A stretch of 64,000 nucleotides of DNA from an uncultured Acidobacteriota bacterium (GCA_963796275.1 CAWCKY010000006.1:1146981-1210980), one strand, 5' to 3'; shown: positions 1 through 11,070, numbered from the stretch's first letter. Numbers and translations: made by a program. The notes: a model not told the origin generated them from the sequence alone.

Positions 1-336
1 TGGCGTCCTGGGCGATCGCGTTGACCCGATCCGATGGCAGGCCGTGAAAAATCGTCACTGCCCCCCAGCGATGAAGATTGAGAGTGACTTCATCGGTGAC
101 CGGGACAGACGTGGGAGTAGCGATCGTGGCCTTCTGTTCGGGTGGTTGCCCAACTGCGGGTTGAACGGGCGGGGGTGATTGGGAGAAAACCGCAGTGACG
201 GTTAGCAGGAATAATATACATGAACTAATTTTAACAACGCTTGATCGAAGCACAATTTGTTCAATATTTATGGCCACTTAAATGGGTAGACTGACCATTC
301 TTCCTCAGGGTGGTCGAAGTTTTTCATTTTAAAAAA

Positions 337-1113
337 CTATTTAGCCGGCTGTTTTTTCTCACTGGCTTGCTCGGCCACAAATTTCTTGCGATCTTTTTCG
401 AGCCATTTATCCAGCTCGGCATTCGCTTTTGCCAATTCATCTTCATTGATCAAGCCGCGTTTCAAAGCTTCGAAGTAGGCGCGCGTGCGGATGTTGAATG
501 CCATTTTGTCAAAAGCCTCGTCGGCCGTCCCCTCAGAACTGAAGGGGAGAAGTTTTTCATAGAGGGTGGTCAGCCGGCTCTCGACTCCCCGCAAACTTAG
601 GTGGCATTTACGTGCGATCGCCCAATTGGATAACCCGAGTGCTAAGTAATAGAGAGCCTCCGCTTCGAAGTCTGTCAGGAGCGGTTGTGTGAATGCATCT
701 TTAAAATTCGGATCGATCATATCCGCGCCGTCTTCCAATACCGCGGCGACGAACCGCAGAAAACGGGTTTCCGGATTATTTTTATCGATGAAGCCGTAAG
801 CCGGCTGGGGTTGAACGCTGTGAACGATCTTGCGGATTTCGTTGATGTATATCTCGTGCGGGAATTGTGTCCAGAAGATTATCCGCGCTTGCGGAAAACC
901 CTTCCAGATCGCGCGCGCCGCTTTGACACCTGATAGGCCGGGCATCTGAATGTCCAGTACGCAAAGCTGGGGTCGGTCCGAGAGAGTCATTCTGACTACG
1001 CTATCACCGTCGGGGGCTTCCAGGATGGGGCGGTAATCCGGGAACTCCCGATCGAGTAGCTCACGCAGGTACGCTCGTTGGGCGACATTATCTTCAGCAA
1101 TTATAATCGACAT
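337..1113 (-). CDS. NarL/FixJ-family response regulator (N-terminal receiver domain + C-terminal LuxR/GerE-type HTH)
   Basis: Translation opens MSIIIAEDN...VLDIQMPGLSG, a typical CheY-like receiver with its phospho-acceptor Asp region. The C-terminus has a LuxR-type HTH (LSNWAIARKCHLSLRGVESRLTTLYEKL). Confidence 0.7.
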   Translation of the reverse strand: MSIIIAEDNVAQRAYLRELLDREFPDYRPILEAPDGDSVVRMTLSDRPQLCVLDIQMPGLSGVKAARAIWKGFPQARIIFWTQFPHEIYINEIRKIVHSVQPQPAYGFIDKNNPETRFLRFVAAVLEDGADMIDPNFKDAFTQPLLTDFEAEALYYLALGLSNWAIARKCHLSLRGVESRLTTLYEKLLPFSSEGTADEAFDKMAFNIRTRAYFEALKRGLINEDELAKANAELDKWLEKDRKKFVAEQASEKKQPAK

Positions 1114-1356
1114 ATAATTCAGTACCTTACCTGTTAAACGTTGGGGAGATCATAATTCAGCGTCGGCCGATTGAACAGGAGTTGATCACTCTCAATAAGC
1201 TGTGGGTATCCACGAGTTTGCAACGAGATAGTGCTTGATTTCGGCACACCTTTCGGATACCATCGAATTTACTGGAGGTGGGCTCGCGCCCACCTTTTTT
1301 ATCTGACCATTGTCTCCGGCGATTTTCAGCCTGAAATCACGGTCGAAGGAGGGTGG

Positions 1357-1818
1357 GTGAAGCTTGATTCGCGCGTCAGCGAGATCATCGAGCGAGTTAC
1401 TGAGCGCGAGGGGCTTGAGCTGGTCCATGCCGAATTGAGCGGCGGGCGCGATTCAGTCCTGACCGTTTATATCGATAAACCGGGCGGCGTCACCATCGAT
1501 GATTGTGCGGCTGTGAGCGAGCGCTTGAGTCTCATATTGGATGTGGAGGATGTGATTCCGCATCGGTACACGCTTGAGGTCGCCTCTCCGGGATTAGATC
1601 GGGGACTTTACAAGGAAGCGGACTACGAGCGCTTTGCGGGTCTCCCCTGCCACGTCAAGATTTCAGAGGCGGTAGCGGGACAGAGGAATTTTCACGGTAA
1701 GCTGATCGGTCTAGATCGCGAGGGAGAGGCCGCTGCGGTGGTTGAAGAGCCGAGCGGCACACGTCACCGGTTGCCGCTGTCGAAGATTGTGAAGGCGAAT
1801 GTTGAGATTGAACCATAA
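1357..1818 (+). CDS. rimP: Ribosome maturation factor RimP
   Basis: RimP/YlxS signature ELVHAELSGGRDSVLTVYIDKPGGVTIDDCAAVSERLSLILDVEDVIPHRYTLEVASPGLDRGL. It sits immediately upstream of nusA-infB. The likely start is GTG near 1357, preceded by GAAGGAGGG about 5 nt upstream; the ORF track extends further back to 1231. Confidence 0.8.
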   Translation: MKLDSRVSEIIERVTEREGLELVHAELSGGRDSVLTVYIDKPGGVTIDDCAAVSERLSLILDVEDVIPHRYTLEVASPGLDRGLYKEADYERFAGLPCHVKISEAVAGQRNFHGKLIGLDREGEAAAVVEEPSGTRHRLPLSKIVKANVEIEP

Positions 1819-1919
1819 TAGTTTTCAGTTTTCAGTTTTCAGTTTTCACCTCGCTGGTGAATGCCAGCGGCTGAGAACTGAGAACTGAGAACTGAAAAAC
1901 TAAAAACTGAAAACTGATT
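1819..1919 (+). repeat. Palindromic element built from (AGTTTTC)x4 / (TGAGAAC,TGAAAAC)x6 heptamer repeats with a central mini-hairpin (cgctgg-tgaatg-ccagcg); fills the entire rimP-nusA intercistronic spacer
   Basis: Read directly: agttttc x4, then acctcgctggtgaatgccagcggc, then tgagaac x3 and tgaaaaac/taaaaac/tgaaaac. As a + strand transcript the arms pair along their length using G-U wobbles; on the - strand these become C-A mismatches, so the element is strand-asymmetric. A second copy lies at 8209-8273. Confidence 0.6.
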
Positions 1920-1921
1920 GT

Positions 1922-3523
1922 ATGAACACACTAACTTCAATTGCCCAGAACATCGAGGTTCTAAGCAAGGAAAAGAAGATCGATTCGCAGCTCATCATAA
2001 GCGCGATCGAGGATGCTGTCGTCACCGCATCACGCAAGCAATTCAAATCGGGAGAGGATCTTCATGCGCGGTACAACCCCGACAGCGGGGCGATTGAGCT
2101 GTATGCGGTCAAGGTTGTAGTTGAAGATGTGGCGGATCCGGCGCGCGAGATGAGCGTCAACGAGGCTAATGTGGAGGTCGGCGAGGGCGCAGAGGTCGGT
2201 GATATGCTTGAGCTGCCGCGCCCTATGGAAGACCTGGGAAGGATCGCCGCCCAAACGGCCAAGCAGATCATCCTGCAGAAAGTCCGTGAAGCCGAGCGGA
2301 ATAATGTTTATGAGGAGTACATTGGCCGCGTAGGCGAACTGGTCAACGGATTCATCAAACGTTTCGAGGGTGGGAAGGTGATCGTCGACATCGGCAACGG
2401 CATCGAAGCCGTGATGCCGAAGTCGCAGCAATCGCGCGCCGAATCGTTTACGCAGGGTGAACGGGTTCGCGTCGTCATTCACGATGTGAACCGCGAATCG
2501 AAAGGGCCGCAGATCGAGGTATCGCGTACGAGCCCGGAGCTGCTCAAGCGCCTGTTTGAGATGGAAGTGCCCGAGATATACGACGGCACGGTCGTCATCA
2601 AAGCGGCCGTCCGCGAGCCCGGCGAACGCGCGAAAATAGCAGTGGTCTCCAACGAGCGGGACGTCGATCCGGTCGGCGCCTGCGTCGGAATGAAAGGCTC
2701 GCGCGTGCAATCCATCATCCGCGAGCTGCGCGGCGAGAAGATAGATATCATCGAATGGTCGGAAGACCCGGCGATCTTCGCGGCCAACGCGCTTTCGCCC
2801 GCCAAGGTCAGTAAGGTAACGGTCATCGATTTCGACGATAAGAATCTTCAGGTCACGGTCGAAAACGAACAACAGAGTCTGGCGATCGGCAAACGCGGTC
2901 AAAACGTCAGGCTGGCGGCGAGGCTCGTCGGCTGGGCGATCGACATCCGGAGCGAGGAGGAGATGAAGCGCGAGATCGCTTCTCAGATGGAGCAGATGAT
3001 CACGGCTGCCATCGTCCCTCTCTCATCGATCGAGGGCATATCGACGACCGATTCGGCTACGCTGGCCGAGCACGGAATCGAGACGATCGAGCAACTCGCT
3101 GAGGCGACCGTCGACGATGTCTCCGACTGGCTCGACCTCAGTATCGACGATGCGCAGGACTTGCTCGATATGGCGGTCGCAATTACCGATGCCCGTCGCG
3201 CACGGCTGAGCGGGGAACCAGATGCAGAACCGGGAGCGGCAACCGTTGCCGAGGAGGGTGCGGGCGAAGAATCAGTTGCTGCCCTGACCGGCGAAGCTGG
3301 TGAAGTTGAGGCTGGCGAAGTTACCGAAGATATTGAAGATATTGAAGAAATTGAAGAAATTGAAGATATTGAAATCTCCGGAGCCGCTGAGGCATCTGGA
3401 GGAGTTGCGCTGGAATCAGAATTGAATGAAACAGCTGGAATACATGAAACAGCAATAGACGAGCCAGATATACCAGAACTGGAACTGGACGAAGCTGATG
3501 AAAATAAGGTGGATAAACAATGA
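1922..3523 (+). CDS. nusA: Transcription termination/antitermination factor NusA
   Basis: 533 aa in conserved rimP-nusA-infB order. Shows the N-terminal domain, S1/KH-like region and an acidic C-terminal tail (EDIEDIEEIEEIEDIE). Confidence 0.95.
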   Translation: MNTLTSIAQNIEVLSKEKKIDSQLIISAIEDAVVTASRKQFKSGEDLHARYNPDSGAIELYAVKVVVEDVADPAREMSVNEANVEVGEGAEVGDMLELPRPMEDLGRIAAQTAKQIILQKVREAERNNVYEEYIGRVGELVNGFIKRFEGGKVIVDIGNGIEAVMPKSQQSRAESFTQGERVRVVIHDVNRESKGPQIEVSRTSPELLKRLFEMEVPEIYDGTVVIKAAVREPGERAKIAVVSNERDVDPVGACVGMKGSRVQSIIRELRGEKIDIIEWSEDPAIFAANALSPAKVSKVTVIDFDDKNLQVTVENEQQSLAIGKRGQNVRLAARLVGWAIDIRSEEEMKREIASQMEQMITAAIVPLSSIEGISTTDSATLAEHGIETIEQLAEATVDDVSDWLDLSIDDAQDLLDMAVAITDARRARLSGEPDAEPGAATVAEEGAGEESVAALTGEAGEVEAGEVTEDIEDIEEIEEIEDIEISGAAEASGGVALESELNETAGIHETAIDEPDIPELELDEADENKVDKQ

Positions 3524-3729
3524 AGAGCCGAGCGGGCCGGACGAGTAAAGCTTAGGGTGAAAACGACTATGAAGCTCGGTTTTTATTGCAATTTGTTTGA
3601 TGGGGGGCTGATGTGAATACGCTTCTGCTTTGAGTCGCCTGATTGTAGGAGAGCAGCGCGGGGCAGGAGTTTCAAAGCGTCAGCTCGAAACTCGTGTAGA
3701 CCGTACGCGCGCTTTTCTGAAAGGGTTCG

Positions 3730-6642
3730 ATGAGTAAGGTTAGAATTTACGATTTGGCGAAAGAATTAAAACTCGAGAGCAAGAAAGTGCTTGAAGATGC
3801 CCGGCGAATGGGTGTTGACGTAAGCGTCCCGTCAAATACGCTCGATGATAATATCGCGGCGAAAATCCGAGAAATGTACTATCCGAAGAAGGAGCAGACG
3901 GCCATCCCTCAAAAAGCACGTTTGATCAAGCATCATCCGGCGGCGCCCTCGGCGGACACATCGCTGGCATCCCAGACAACCGACAACGCGACAGGACAGA
4001 CCCGGGTTGAAACTCAACAATCTGCCGCTGCTCCACAGGCGGCGACGTCGCAGCCTGTTGTGCAGGCCAAAACCGCGGCTCAACCGGCTGTCAAATCAAC
4101 ATCGGTACAAGCTGAGGCGAGAAATCAACCTGTGATTAATGATTCGCCGAAGGCGCGGGTCGTTAAACTCGTTGCGCCGCAGCCCATTGTTCCAAAAGCC
4201 GAGCCGGCGCCCCAGCCGGAGCCGGAGCCGGAGCCGGCGATTGTTGAGGCCGAAATAGCCCCCGCACCGGAACCGGCGGCACCGGTGATCGCTCAACCGG
4301 AACTGGAAAAGAAGGAACCGGTCGTCGAGAAACCAGCTCCGGTCGTTCACGAGACGCCAAAACAGCACGCTAAGGTGGCGGCGCCTCCATCGCCGCCGGC
4401 TGTCTCCAGTCACGGACCGAAGTCGCCGACCGGGACGAAGGTTATCAAACTTGCGCCTCCCGCAGGTCCGTTGCCGAAACCGCAGCCGAGGCCGCAGCCA
4501 CAGAAGCCGCCACAAAGGCCGCAGCAGAGGCCGCATCAGAAACCGATGCCGCCGGGTGCCCATCGAGAGAGAACGATCACCGCCAGATCGGGCGATCGCA
4601 CTTCCGTCAACCCGCAGCTCAGAGAAGGCCAGCGCGAGGCGCGCGATAAGGAAGTCCACATACTGCCTTCCGGCGCGCAGCAGCGGACCGTCTACATCCC
4701 GCCGCAAAACCAGCGCCCTAAGGGCCGTCATCAGGTGCGGAAGGACAAAGAAGCGAAAGATAAGGAAGGGCAGCAGAAGATGGTACCCCGCCGCCAAGTT
4801 GCGGCAGGTCCCGCGGCGCGTCCGGTTCACACGGAATTTAAACCGGTCCGCATGGTCGAAGGCAGCACGGTGCGCGAGTTTGCCGAAAAGATCGATACCA
4901 AGCCTCGGGATATAGTGACGATACTCATGCATCGCGGGGTGATGGCGACTATCAACCAGACGATCAACCCCGATGTTGCGCGGGAGATCGGTAGAGATTA
5001 TGGTTTCGATATTTCGTTCGGCGATTACGAAGAGATGATCGTCGAATCGGAGTTCGAGATCACGCCCGAAGCGATGGAAGACACCGATATGCGCGCCCCG
5101 GTGATCACGGTCATGGGACACGTCGATCACGGCAAGACCAGTCTGCTCGATGCAATTCGTGTGGCGCGGGTTGCCGAAGGCGAAGCGGGAGGAATCACGC
5201 AGCACATCGGCGCGTACTCGGTCGAGGTCCCGGACCCCGACAATAAATCGCGTTTGAGGCGCGTTGTCTTCCTTGACACGCCCGGCCACAAGGCCTTCAC
5301 GATGATGCGCGCCCGCGGCGCCCAGGTCACCGACATCGTCGTGCTAGTCGTCGCCGCCGATGATGGTGTCATGCCGCAGACGATCGAAGCGATCGAGCAC
5401 GCGAAGGCCGCTGAGGTGCCGATACTCGTCGCGATCAACAAGGTCGACAAGCCTGACGCCAATCCTGATCGCGTCAAGAAAGAGCTGGCTGATCGCGGCC
5501 TGTTATGGGACGGGTGGGGCGGCGAGACGACGATGGTCGAGGTTTCGGCGAAGAAGAAACAGAATATCGAGGGCCTGCTCGAGATGATTCTGCTGAGCGC
5601 CGATCTGCTCGAACTCAAAGCCAATCCGAGACGTATGGCGACCGGCACCGTGCTCGAGGCGCAACTCGATCGCGGCCGCGGCGCCGTGGCGACGGTTCTC
5701 ATCCAGAACGGCACGCTACAGATCGGCGAACCGTTTATCGTCGGGAATTTTTTCGGCAAGGTCCGCGCATTGATGAACGAACACGGCGAGCGCGTTCAGA
5801 CGGCTGGCCCGGCGACGCCCGTCGAGGTTCTGGGTCTGGAGGGAGTGCCGGCAGCGGGCGACCAGTTCCAGGTCGTTGATGACGTATCGAAGGCCCAACA
5901 TATCTCGCAATTCCGCCAGACCAAGGCCCGCCAGATGGCGTTGGCGCGCTCGGCGGCACGCGGTCTCGATCAGCTGGCCGCACAGCTCGAATCGGGCGAG
6001 GTGAAGGAGCTGCTCGTTATTCTCAAAGCCGACGTACAGGGATCGGTCGAGGTGCTCAAAGACACTCTGCTCAAACTATCGACGGAAAAGGTCAAAGTGC
6101 GCATCATTCGCTCGGGGGTCGGGGCCATCACGGAGCATGACGTCCTGCTTGCGAGCGCGTCGAATGCGACTGACACCAGCGCAGCGACGGTCATCATAGG
6201 CTTCAATGTGCGGCCGGAGACGCGAGCCGATGAGGTCGCTAAACAGGAGAATGTCGACGTCCGCCTTCATTCCATCATCTACAAAGTCGAAGAAGAGATA
6301 CGCCTTGCGATGCTCGGACTGCTCGATGCGACGCTCAAGGAGGTTGTCATCGGGAAGGCGGAGATTCGCAATGTAATTCGTGTTCCTAAAGTGGGATCCG
6401 TCGCGGGTTCGATGGTCATCAACGGAATGGTCAAACGTGGCGCGCATGCGCGTCTCATCCGCGACAATGTGGTCATTTTCGAAAGCCATATCGGGAGTTT
6501 GCGCCGCTTCAAGGACGATGTCAGCGAGGTGCAGCAGGGATTCGAGTGCGGAATCACGATCGAACGATTCAACGATTATAAACTCGGCGATGTGATCGAA
6601 GCGTACATCATCGAGGAAGTCGCTCCGACAAAATTGGATTAA
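3730..6642 (+). CDS. infB: Translation initiation factor IF-2
   Basis: 970 aa. Low-complexity Pro/Ala-rich N-terminus followed by a GTPase domain (VITVMGHVDHGKTSLLD, DTPGH, NKVD) and conserved C-terminal IF-2 domains. Confidence 0.95.
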   Translation: MSKVRIYDLAKELKLESKKVLEDARRMGVDVSVPSNTLDDNIAAKIREMYYPKKEQTAIPQKARLIKHHPAAPSADTSLASQTTDNATGQTRVETQQSAAAPQAATSQPVVQAKTAAQPAVKSTSVQAEARNQPVINDSPKARVVKLVAPQPIVPKAEPAPQPEPEPEPAIVEAEIAPAPEPAAPVIAQPELEKKEPVVEKPAPVVHETPKQHAKVAAPPSPPAVSSHGPKSPTGTKVIKLAPPAGPLPKPQPRPQPQKPPQRPQQRPHQKPMPPGAHRERTITARSGDRTSVNPQLREGQREARDKEVHILPSGAQQRTVYIPPQNQRPKGRHQVRKDKEAKDKEGQQKMVPRRQVAAGPAARPVHTEFKPVRMVEGSTVREFAEKIDTKPRDIVTILMHRGVMATINQTINPDVAREIGRDYGFDISFGDYEEMIVESEFEITPEAMEDTDMRAPVITVMGHVDHGKTSLLDAIRVARVAEGEAGGITQHIGAYSVEVPDPDNKSRLRRVVFLDTPGHKAFTMMRARGAQVTDIVVLVVAADDGVMPQTIEAIEHAKAAEVPILVAINKVDKPDANPDRVKKELADRGLLWDGWGGETTMVEVSAKKKQNIEGLLEMILLSADLLELKANPRRMATGTVLEAQLDRGRGAVATVLIQNGTLQIGEPFIVGNFFGKVRALMNEHGERVQTAGPATPVEVLGLEGVPAAGDQFQVVDDVSKAQHISQFRQTKARQMALARSAARGLDQLAAQLESGEVKELLVILKADVQGSVEVLKDTLLKLSTEKVKVRIIRSGVGAITEHDVLLASASNATDTSAATVIIGFNVRPETRADEVAKQENVDVRLHSIIYKVEEEIRLAMLGLLDATLKEVVIGKAEIRNVIRVPKVGSVAGSMVINGMVKRGAHARLIRDNVVIFESHIGSLRRFKDDVSEVQQGFECGITIERFNDYKLGDVIEAYIIEEVAPTKLD

Positions 6643-6708
6643 TGATTCGCAGATAGTCGGCTATGGCTGGAACTTAACTTCTGCGAACCGGCAATCCGGC
6701 AACCGATT

Positions 6709-7062
6709 ATGCAATATCGTTCCCACAGGCTGGCTGAAGAGTTGAAGAACGAGATCAGTGCGATCATTTCTCAGGAATTACACGATCCGCGCGTCGGGTT
6801 CGCTACCGTGACTGAAGTCAAAGTCAGCCCGGATCTGCGATATGCCCGGGTTCTCATCAGCGTGTTTGGGTCGGCCGAGGAAAAGCAGCAGACGCTCGAT
6901 GCTCTGACGGGCGCGACCGGTTTTATCAGGCGTCAGATAGGCGCGCGCATAAGGCTACGTTATACGCCGGAGTTGACCTTCGATTACGATGAGTCTGTCG
7001 AACGGGGCGACCGGATGATGCGGCTCATCGAGGAGGTCAACAAGGATTTAGGGGAAAATTGA
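6709..7062 (+). CDS. rbfA: Ribosome-binding factor A
   Basis: 117 aa immediately downstream of infB. KH-like RbfA pattern (RVGFATVTEVKVSPDLRYARVLISV). Confidence 0.9.
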   Translation: MQYRSHRLAEELKNEISAIISQELHDPRVGFATVTEVKVSPDLRYARVLISVFGSAEEKQQTLDALTGATGFIRRQIGARIRLRYTPELTFDYDESVERGDRMMRLIEEVNKDLGEN

Positions 7063-7219
7063 TGGTGTATTGCGGGAATTCACCAGAACAATCAATCGTG
7101 CGAAATGCAAATGCGGCAGAGAAATGCGATTTCTCTCTCTCCCCTGACCTCTTGATGTCTATGCCATTTTCGTGATGTTAAATCCCGCATTCCGATATGC
7201 ATGATCGACGCTCCTGAAT

Positions 7220-8206
7220 ATGTTGGGACAGGTCATCGAACTTATTGAAAAGCACGGCCGCTTCGCCATCACATCGCATGTCAGGCCCGATGGCGACAGC
7301 CTCGGGTCTTCGCTGGCGCTCTGTTGGATATTGCGCGGGCTGAAAAAAGACGCCGAGGTGATAATGTGCGATCATGTGCCGCATGCCTACTCGAAACTGC
7401 CGGGCGCTGAAGACGTCCGCGTGGTGACTGACATCGACCGTGATTACGATGCGGTCTTCGTCATCGAATGCAGCGACGTCACGCGGCCCGGATTACCGGG
7501 ATTGAAAGATCAATTCGTAGTAAACATCGATCATCATTCGACGACCGCCCTTTTCGGCGATATTAACTGGATCGATTCGACGGCCGCTGCGGTCGGCGAG
7601 ATGATTTACAACCTGGCCAAAGCCATCGGCGCTAAGATCACATCTGAAATTTCCAGTTGCGTTTACGCCGCCTTGCTGACGGATACCGGATCGTTTCATT
7701 TCTCCAACACTACCGAACGCACATTTAAAATCGCGAGCGAGCTCGTACGACATGGCGCGCAGCCAGCCAAACTCTCGCAAGCTATCTTCTACAATTATCC
7801 TTACACCAAAGTCCGGCTCGTGGGAGAAGTGCTCTCGACGCTGGAGCGGGATGAATCGGGCCGGATAGCGTGGATCAAGATGACGAAAGATGTCATGGAC
7901 AGGACCGGCGCGACCGAGGACGACTCCGACGGCATCATCAATTATCCGCTCACGGTCGGCGATGTCGAGGCAGTCGCCTTCTTCCGGGAATTGTCCAACT
8001 CAACTTACCGCATCAGCCTGCGTTCCAAGAACCGCGTAAACGTTGCGCGCGTCGCGGAACACTTCGGCGGCGGCGGACACTGCAACGCCGCTGGCTTCAC
8101 CATCAAGGCCGGATACGACCAGCTCAGCCGCGAAGTCATAGCAAAGTTGAAAGAGGCGGTGACTAACGCCCCGGCAACAGTCGCGCGCGAAATCAAACCG
8201 AGATAA
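7220..8206 (+). CDS. nrnA: DHH/DHHA1 family phosphoesterase (NrnA-like bifunctional oligoribonuclease / pAp phosphatase)
   Basis: DHH motif region (HVRPDGDSLGSSLAL, NIDHH) and DHHA1 GGGGH motif (FGGGGHCNAAG). The rbfA-DHH arrangement is common across bacteria. Confidence 0.8.
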   Translation: MLGQVIELIEKHGRFAITSHVRPDGDSLGSSLALCWILRGLKKDAEVIMCDHVPHAYSKLPGAEDVRVVTDIDRDYDAVFVIECSDVTRPGLPGLKDQFVVNIDHHSTTALFGDINWIDSTAAAVGEMIYNLAKAIGAKITSEISSCVYAALLTDTGSFHFSNTTERTFKIASELVRHGAQPAKLSQAIFYNYPYTKVRLVGEVLSTLERDESGRIAWIKMTKDVMDRTGATEDDSDGIINYPLTVGDVEAVAFFRELSNSTYRISLRSKNRVNVARVAEHFGGGGHCNAAGFTIKAGYDQLSREVIAKLKEAVTNAPATVAREIKPR

Positions 8207-8208
8207 GG

Positions 8209-8273
8209 AAAGTTTTCAGTTTTCGGTTTTCAGTTGGAAGGTCTCGATCATCAATTGAAAACTGAAAACTGGT
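8209..8273 (+). repeat. Second copy of the AGTTTTC-heptamer palindromic element (agttttcagttttcggttttcagttgg ... caattgaaaactgaaaactgg)
   Basis: Starts 3 nt after the nrnA stop. Same heptamer unit and the same + strand-favouring G-U asymmetry as the 1819-1919 element. It lies between convergent genes. Confidence 0.55.
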
Positions 8274-8288
8274 TACAGGGTCGCCGGA

Positions 8289-8795
8289 TCAGAATCGGAA
8301 ACTCAACCCAACGCGAAAGCTCGGGAAATGGTCGGCGCTGGCATAAAACAGCGGAATGTGATCTCGCACCTCAAAACGCGTTCCTACACTATCTTTGAAC
8401 CAATAAGTTAATCCGCCGCCAAAATTGCCGCCGAGACCGTTGCAGCCGCCGATAGATGCGTGGCAACCGCCAAATAACGTAACTCCAGCAGTCACAAATG
8501 GCACCACTCTTTTTGACTTGCTCGCGTTCAGGAAGTGATATGACGGATTGACGGATACCAGAAAACCTGAATTACCGAAAACGCCCGGGCCGACAACGCC
8601 TATTTCACCGCCAATGCCGAATCCCTTAAAAAAGATTCCTTCTCCTCCGATGCCGGTATGCAGACTGACATGCTCTCCATTCTGGCTCACCAAAGGTGAT
8701 GCGAAAGCATAGCCGTACCCCCTTCGCTCATTTGGGGATTGCGCAAAAGCTAGAGCTGGCGTTAGAGCAATAAAGATCAGCATCAATTTTATCAT
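8289..8795 (-). CDS. Small outer-membrane beta-barrel protein (OMP_b-brl-like), paralogue 1
   Basis: Signal peptide (MIKLMLIFIALTPALAFAQ), Gly-rich alternating beta-strand pattern and a C-terminal aromatic residue (…LSFRF). It is a paralogue of 8931-9437. The start is placed at an internal ATG with an AAGGA ribosome-binding site; the ORF track extends to 8849. Confidence 0.55.
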   Translation of the reverse strand: MIKLMLIFIALTPALAFAQSPNERRGYGYAFASPLVSQNGEHVSLHTGIGGEGIFFKGFGIGGEIGVVGPGVFGNSGFLVSVNPSYHFLNASKSKRVVPFVTAGVTLFGGCHASIGGCNGLGGNFGGGLTYWFKDSVGTRFEVRDHIPLFYASADHFPSFRVGLSFRF

Positions 8796-8930
8796 TGTCA
8801 TATCCTTTTGGAGAACGAAAGATGTTTTGCTCATCTCACCGGAGTGCAAAGTTGATGCTTGGGAGAAGCGAGGAAGATTTTATTGTTCCCTTGTCTGCCG
8901 TTCTCCTGCTTCTTCCCCCAGCTCGTTCTG

Positions 8931-9437
8931 CTACCGGAAAGTAAACCCAACACGGAAACTGGGATGATGGCCAAACCCTGAATATATCGGGATCTGATCG
9001 CGCAGTTCTATGCGCATACCTATCCGATCCTTGAACCAATAAGTAATGCCTCCGCCGAAGTTGGCTCCGATAGCGCTCTCGCCGCGAAAGAATAGCGAGA
9101 ATCCGCCTGTCGCAAACGGCACCAGCTTTCTGGACTTGCTCACGTTAATAAAGTGATAAGATGGATTAACGGAGAGCAGACCAAATCCATAATCAGATCT
9201 TGACCCGGACGGGCGGACATAACCTATTTCACCGCCGACGCCGAATCCACCGCGAATGAATCCTTCGCCCCCGACGCCGGCATGCAGCCCCGTCTCTCCG
9301 GCACTCGGACGAACCGTAAGCCCTGTGAATGCATAGCCGTATCCATTCCTCTCCTTTTGTGCGGGCGCTTGCGCGTAGGATAAAACAGGCATCAGAACAA
9401 CAAACACAACAATCAGTTTTTTCATAATCACCTCCAT
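8931..9437 (-). CDS. Small outer-membrane beta-barrel protein (OMP_b-brl-like), paralogue 2
   Basis: Signal peptide MKKLIVVFVVLMPVLSYAQA. Shares the ...ERNGYGYAF...SVNPSYHF.N.SKS...VPF...PSFRVGF blocks with the neighbouring ORF, consistent with a tandem duplication. Confidence 0.55.
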   Translation of the reverse strand: MEVIMKKLIVVFVVLMPVLSYAQAPAQKERNGYGYAFTGLTVRPSAGETGLHAGVGGEGFIRGGFGVGGEIGYVRPSGSRSDYGFGLLSVNPSYHFINVSKSRKLVPFATGGFSLFFRGESAIGANFGGGITYWFKDRIGMRIELRDQIPIYSGFGHHPSFRVGFTFR

Positions 9438-9733
9438 CAGATCGTATTAACCATGTTTTTTTATCTCCACCACGTTTTCCGATTTGTTGGCAGAGCAATG
9501 CTGATGCCATTCAGGTGGGCGTTATAACAGAAGTGTTTATCATCAAGCTGAAGCGGAATGATGATAGAATTAGGAAAGAATCTCAGCCATTTGTCGGGTT
9601 TTTCCGGCAGGATGAAAATTCAAGCGGCGATTTTGCGTAAGCGCCACGCGGCTTGCCGAAATAAGACCATCAGGTTAGCATGCGGCTGATCTATTCACGC
9701 GATAGTCTCTCATCATACAAATAGGATCGAAAA

Positions 9734-11032
<1,299 letters not shown>

Positions 11033-11070
11033 TAATAGTTAATCAATTGAATCAAAAAGGAGAAATTGTA

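Noticed and set aside
1-336. Possible partial gene at the left edge
   Set aside because: No frame gives an open, protein-like reading across the edge. The only ATG-initiated frame on the - strand terminates after about 40 codons.
2030-2902. 290-aa ORF antisense to nusA, plus other long antisense ORFs inside infB (4096-5289), the oxidoreductase (10936-11970), flotillin (31563-32462, 32060-32761), the ADOP permease (53759-54632) and the histidine kinase (45154-45678)
   Set aside because: All lie opposite well-supported conserved genes. Their Arg/Ser/Pro-rich compositions are typical of spurious open frames in high-GC DNA, and they show no start-site signals.
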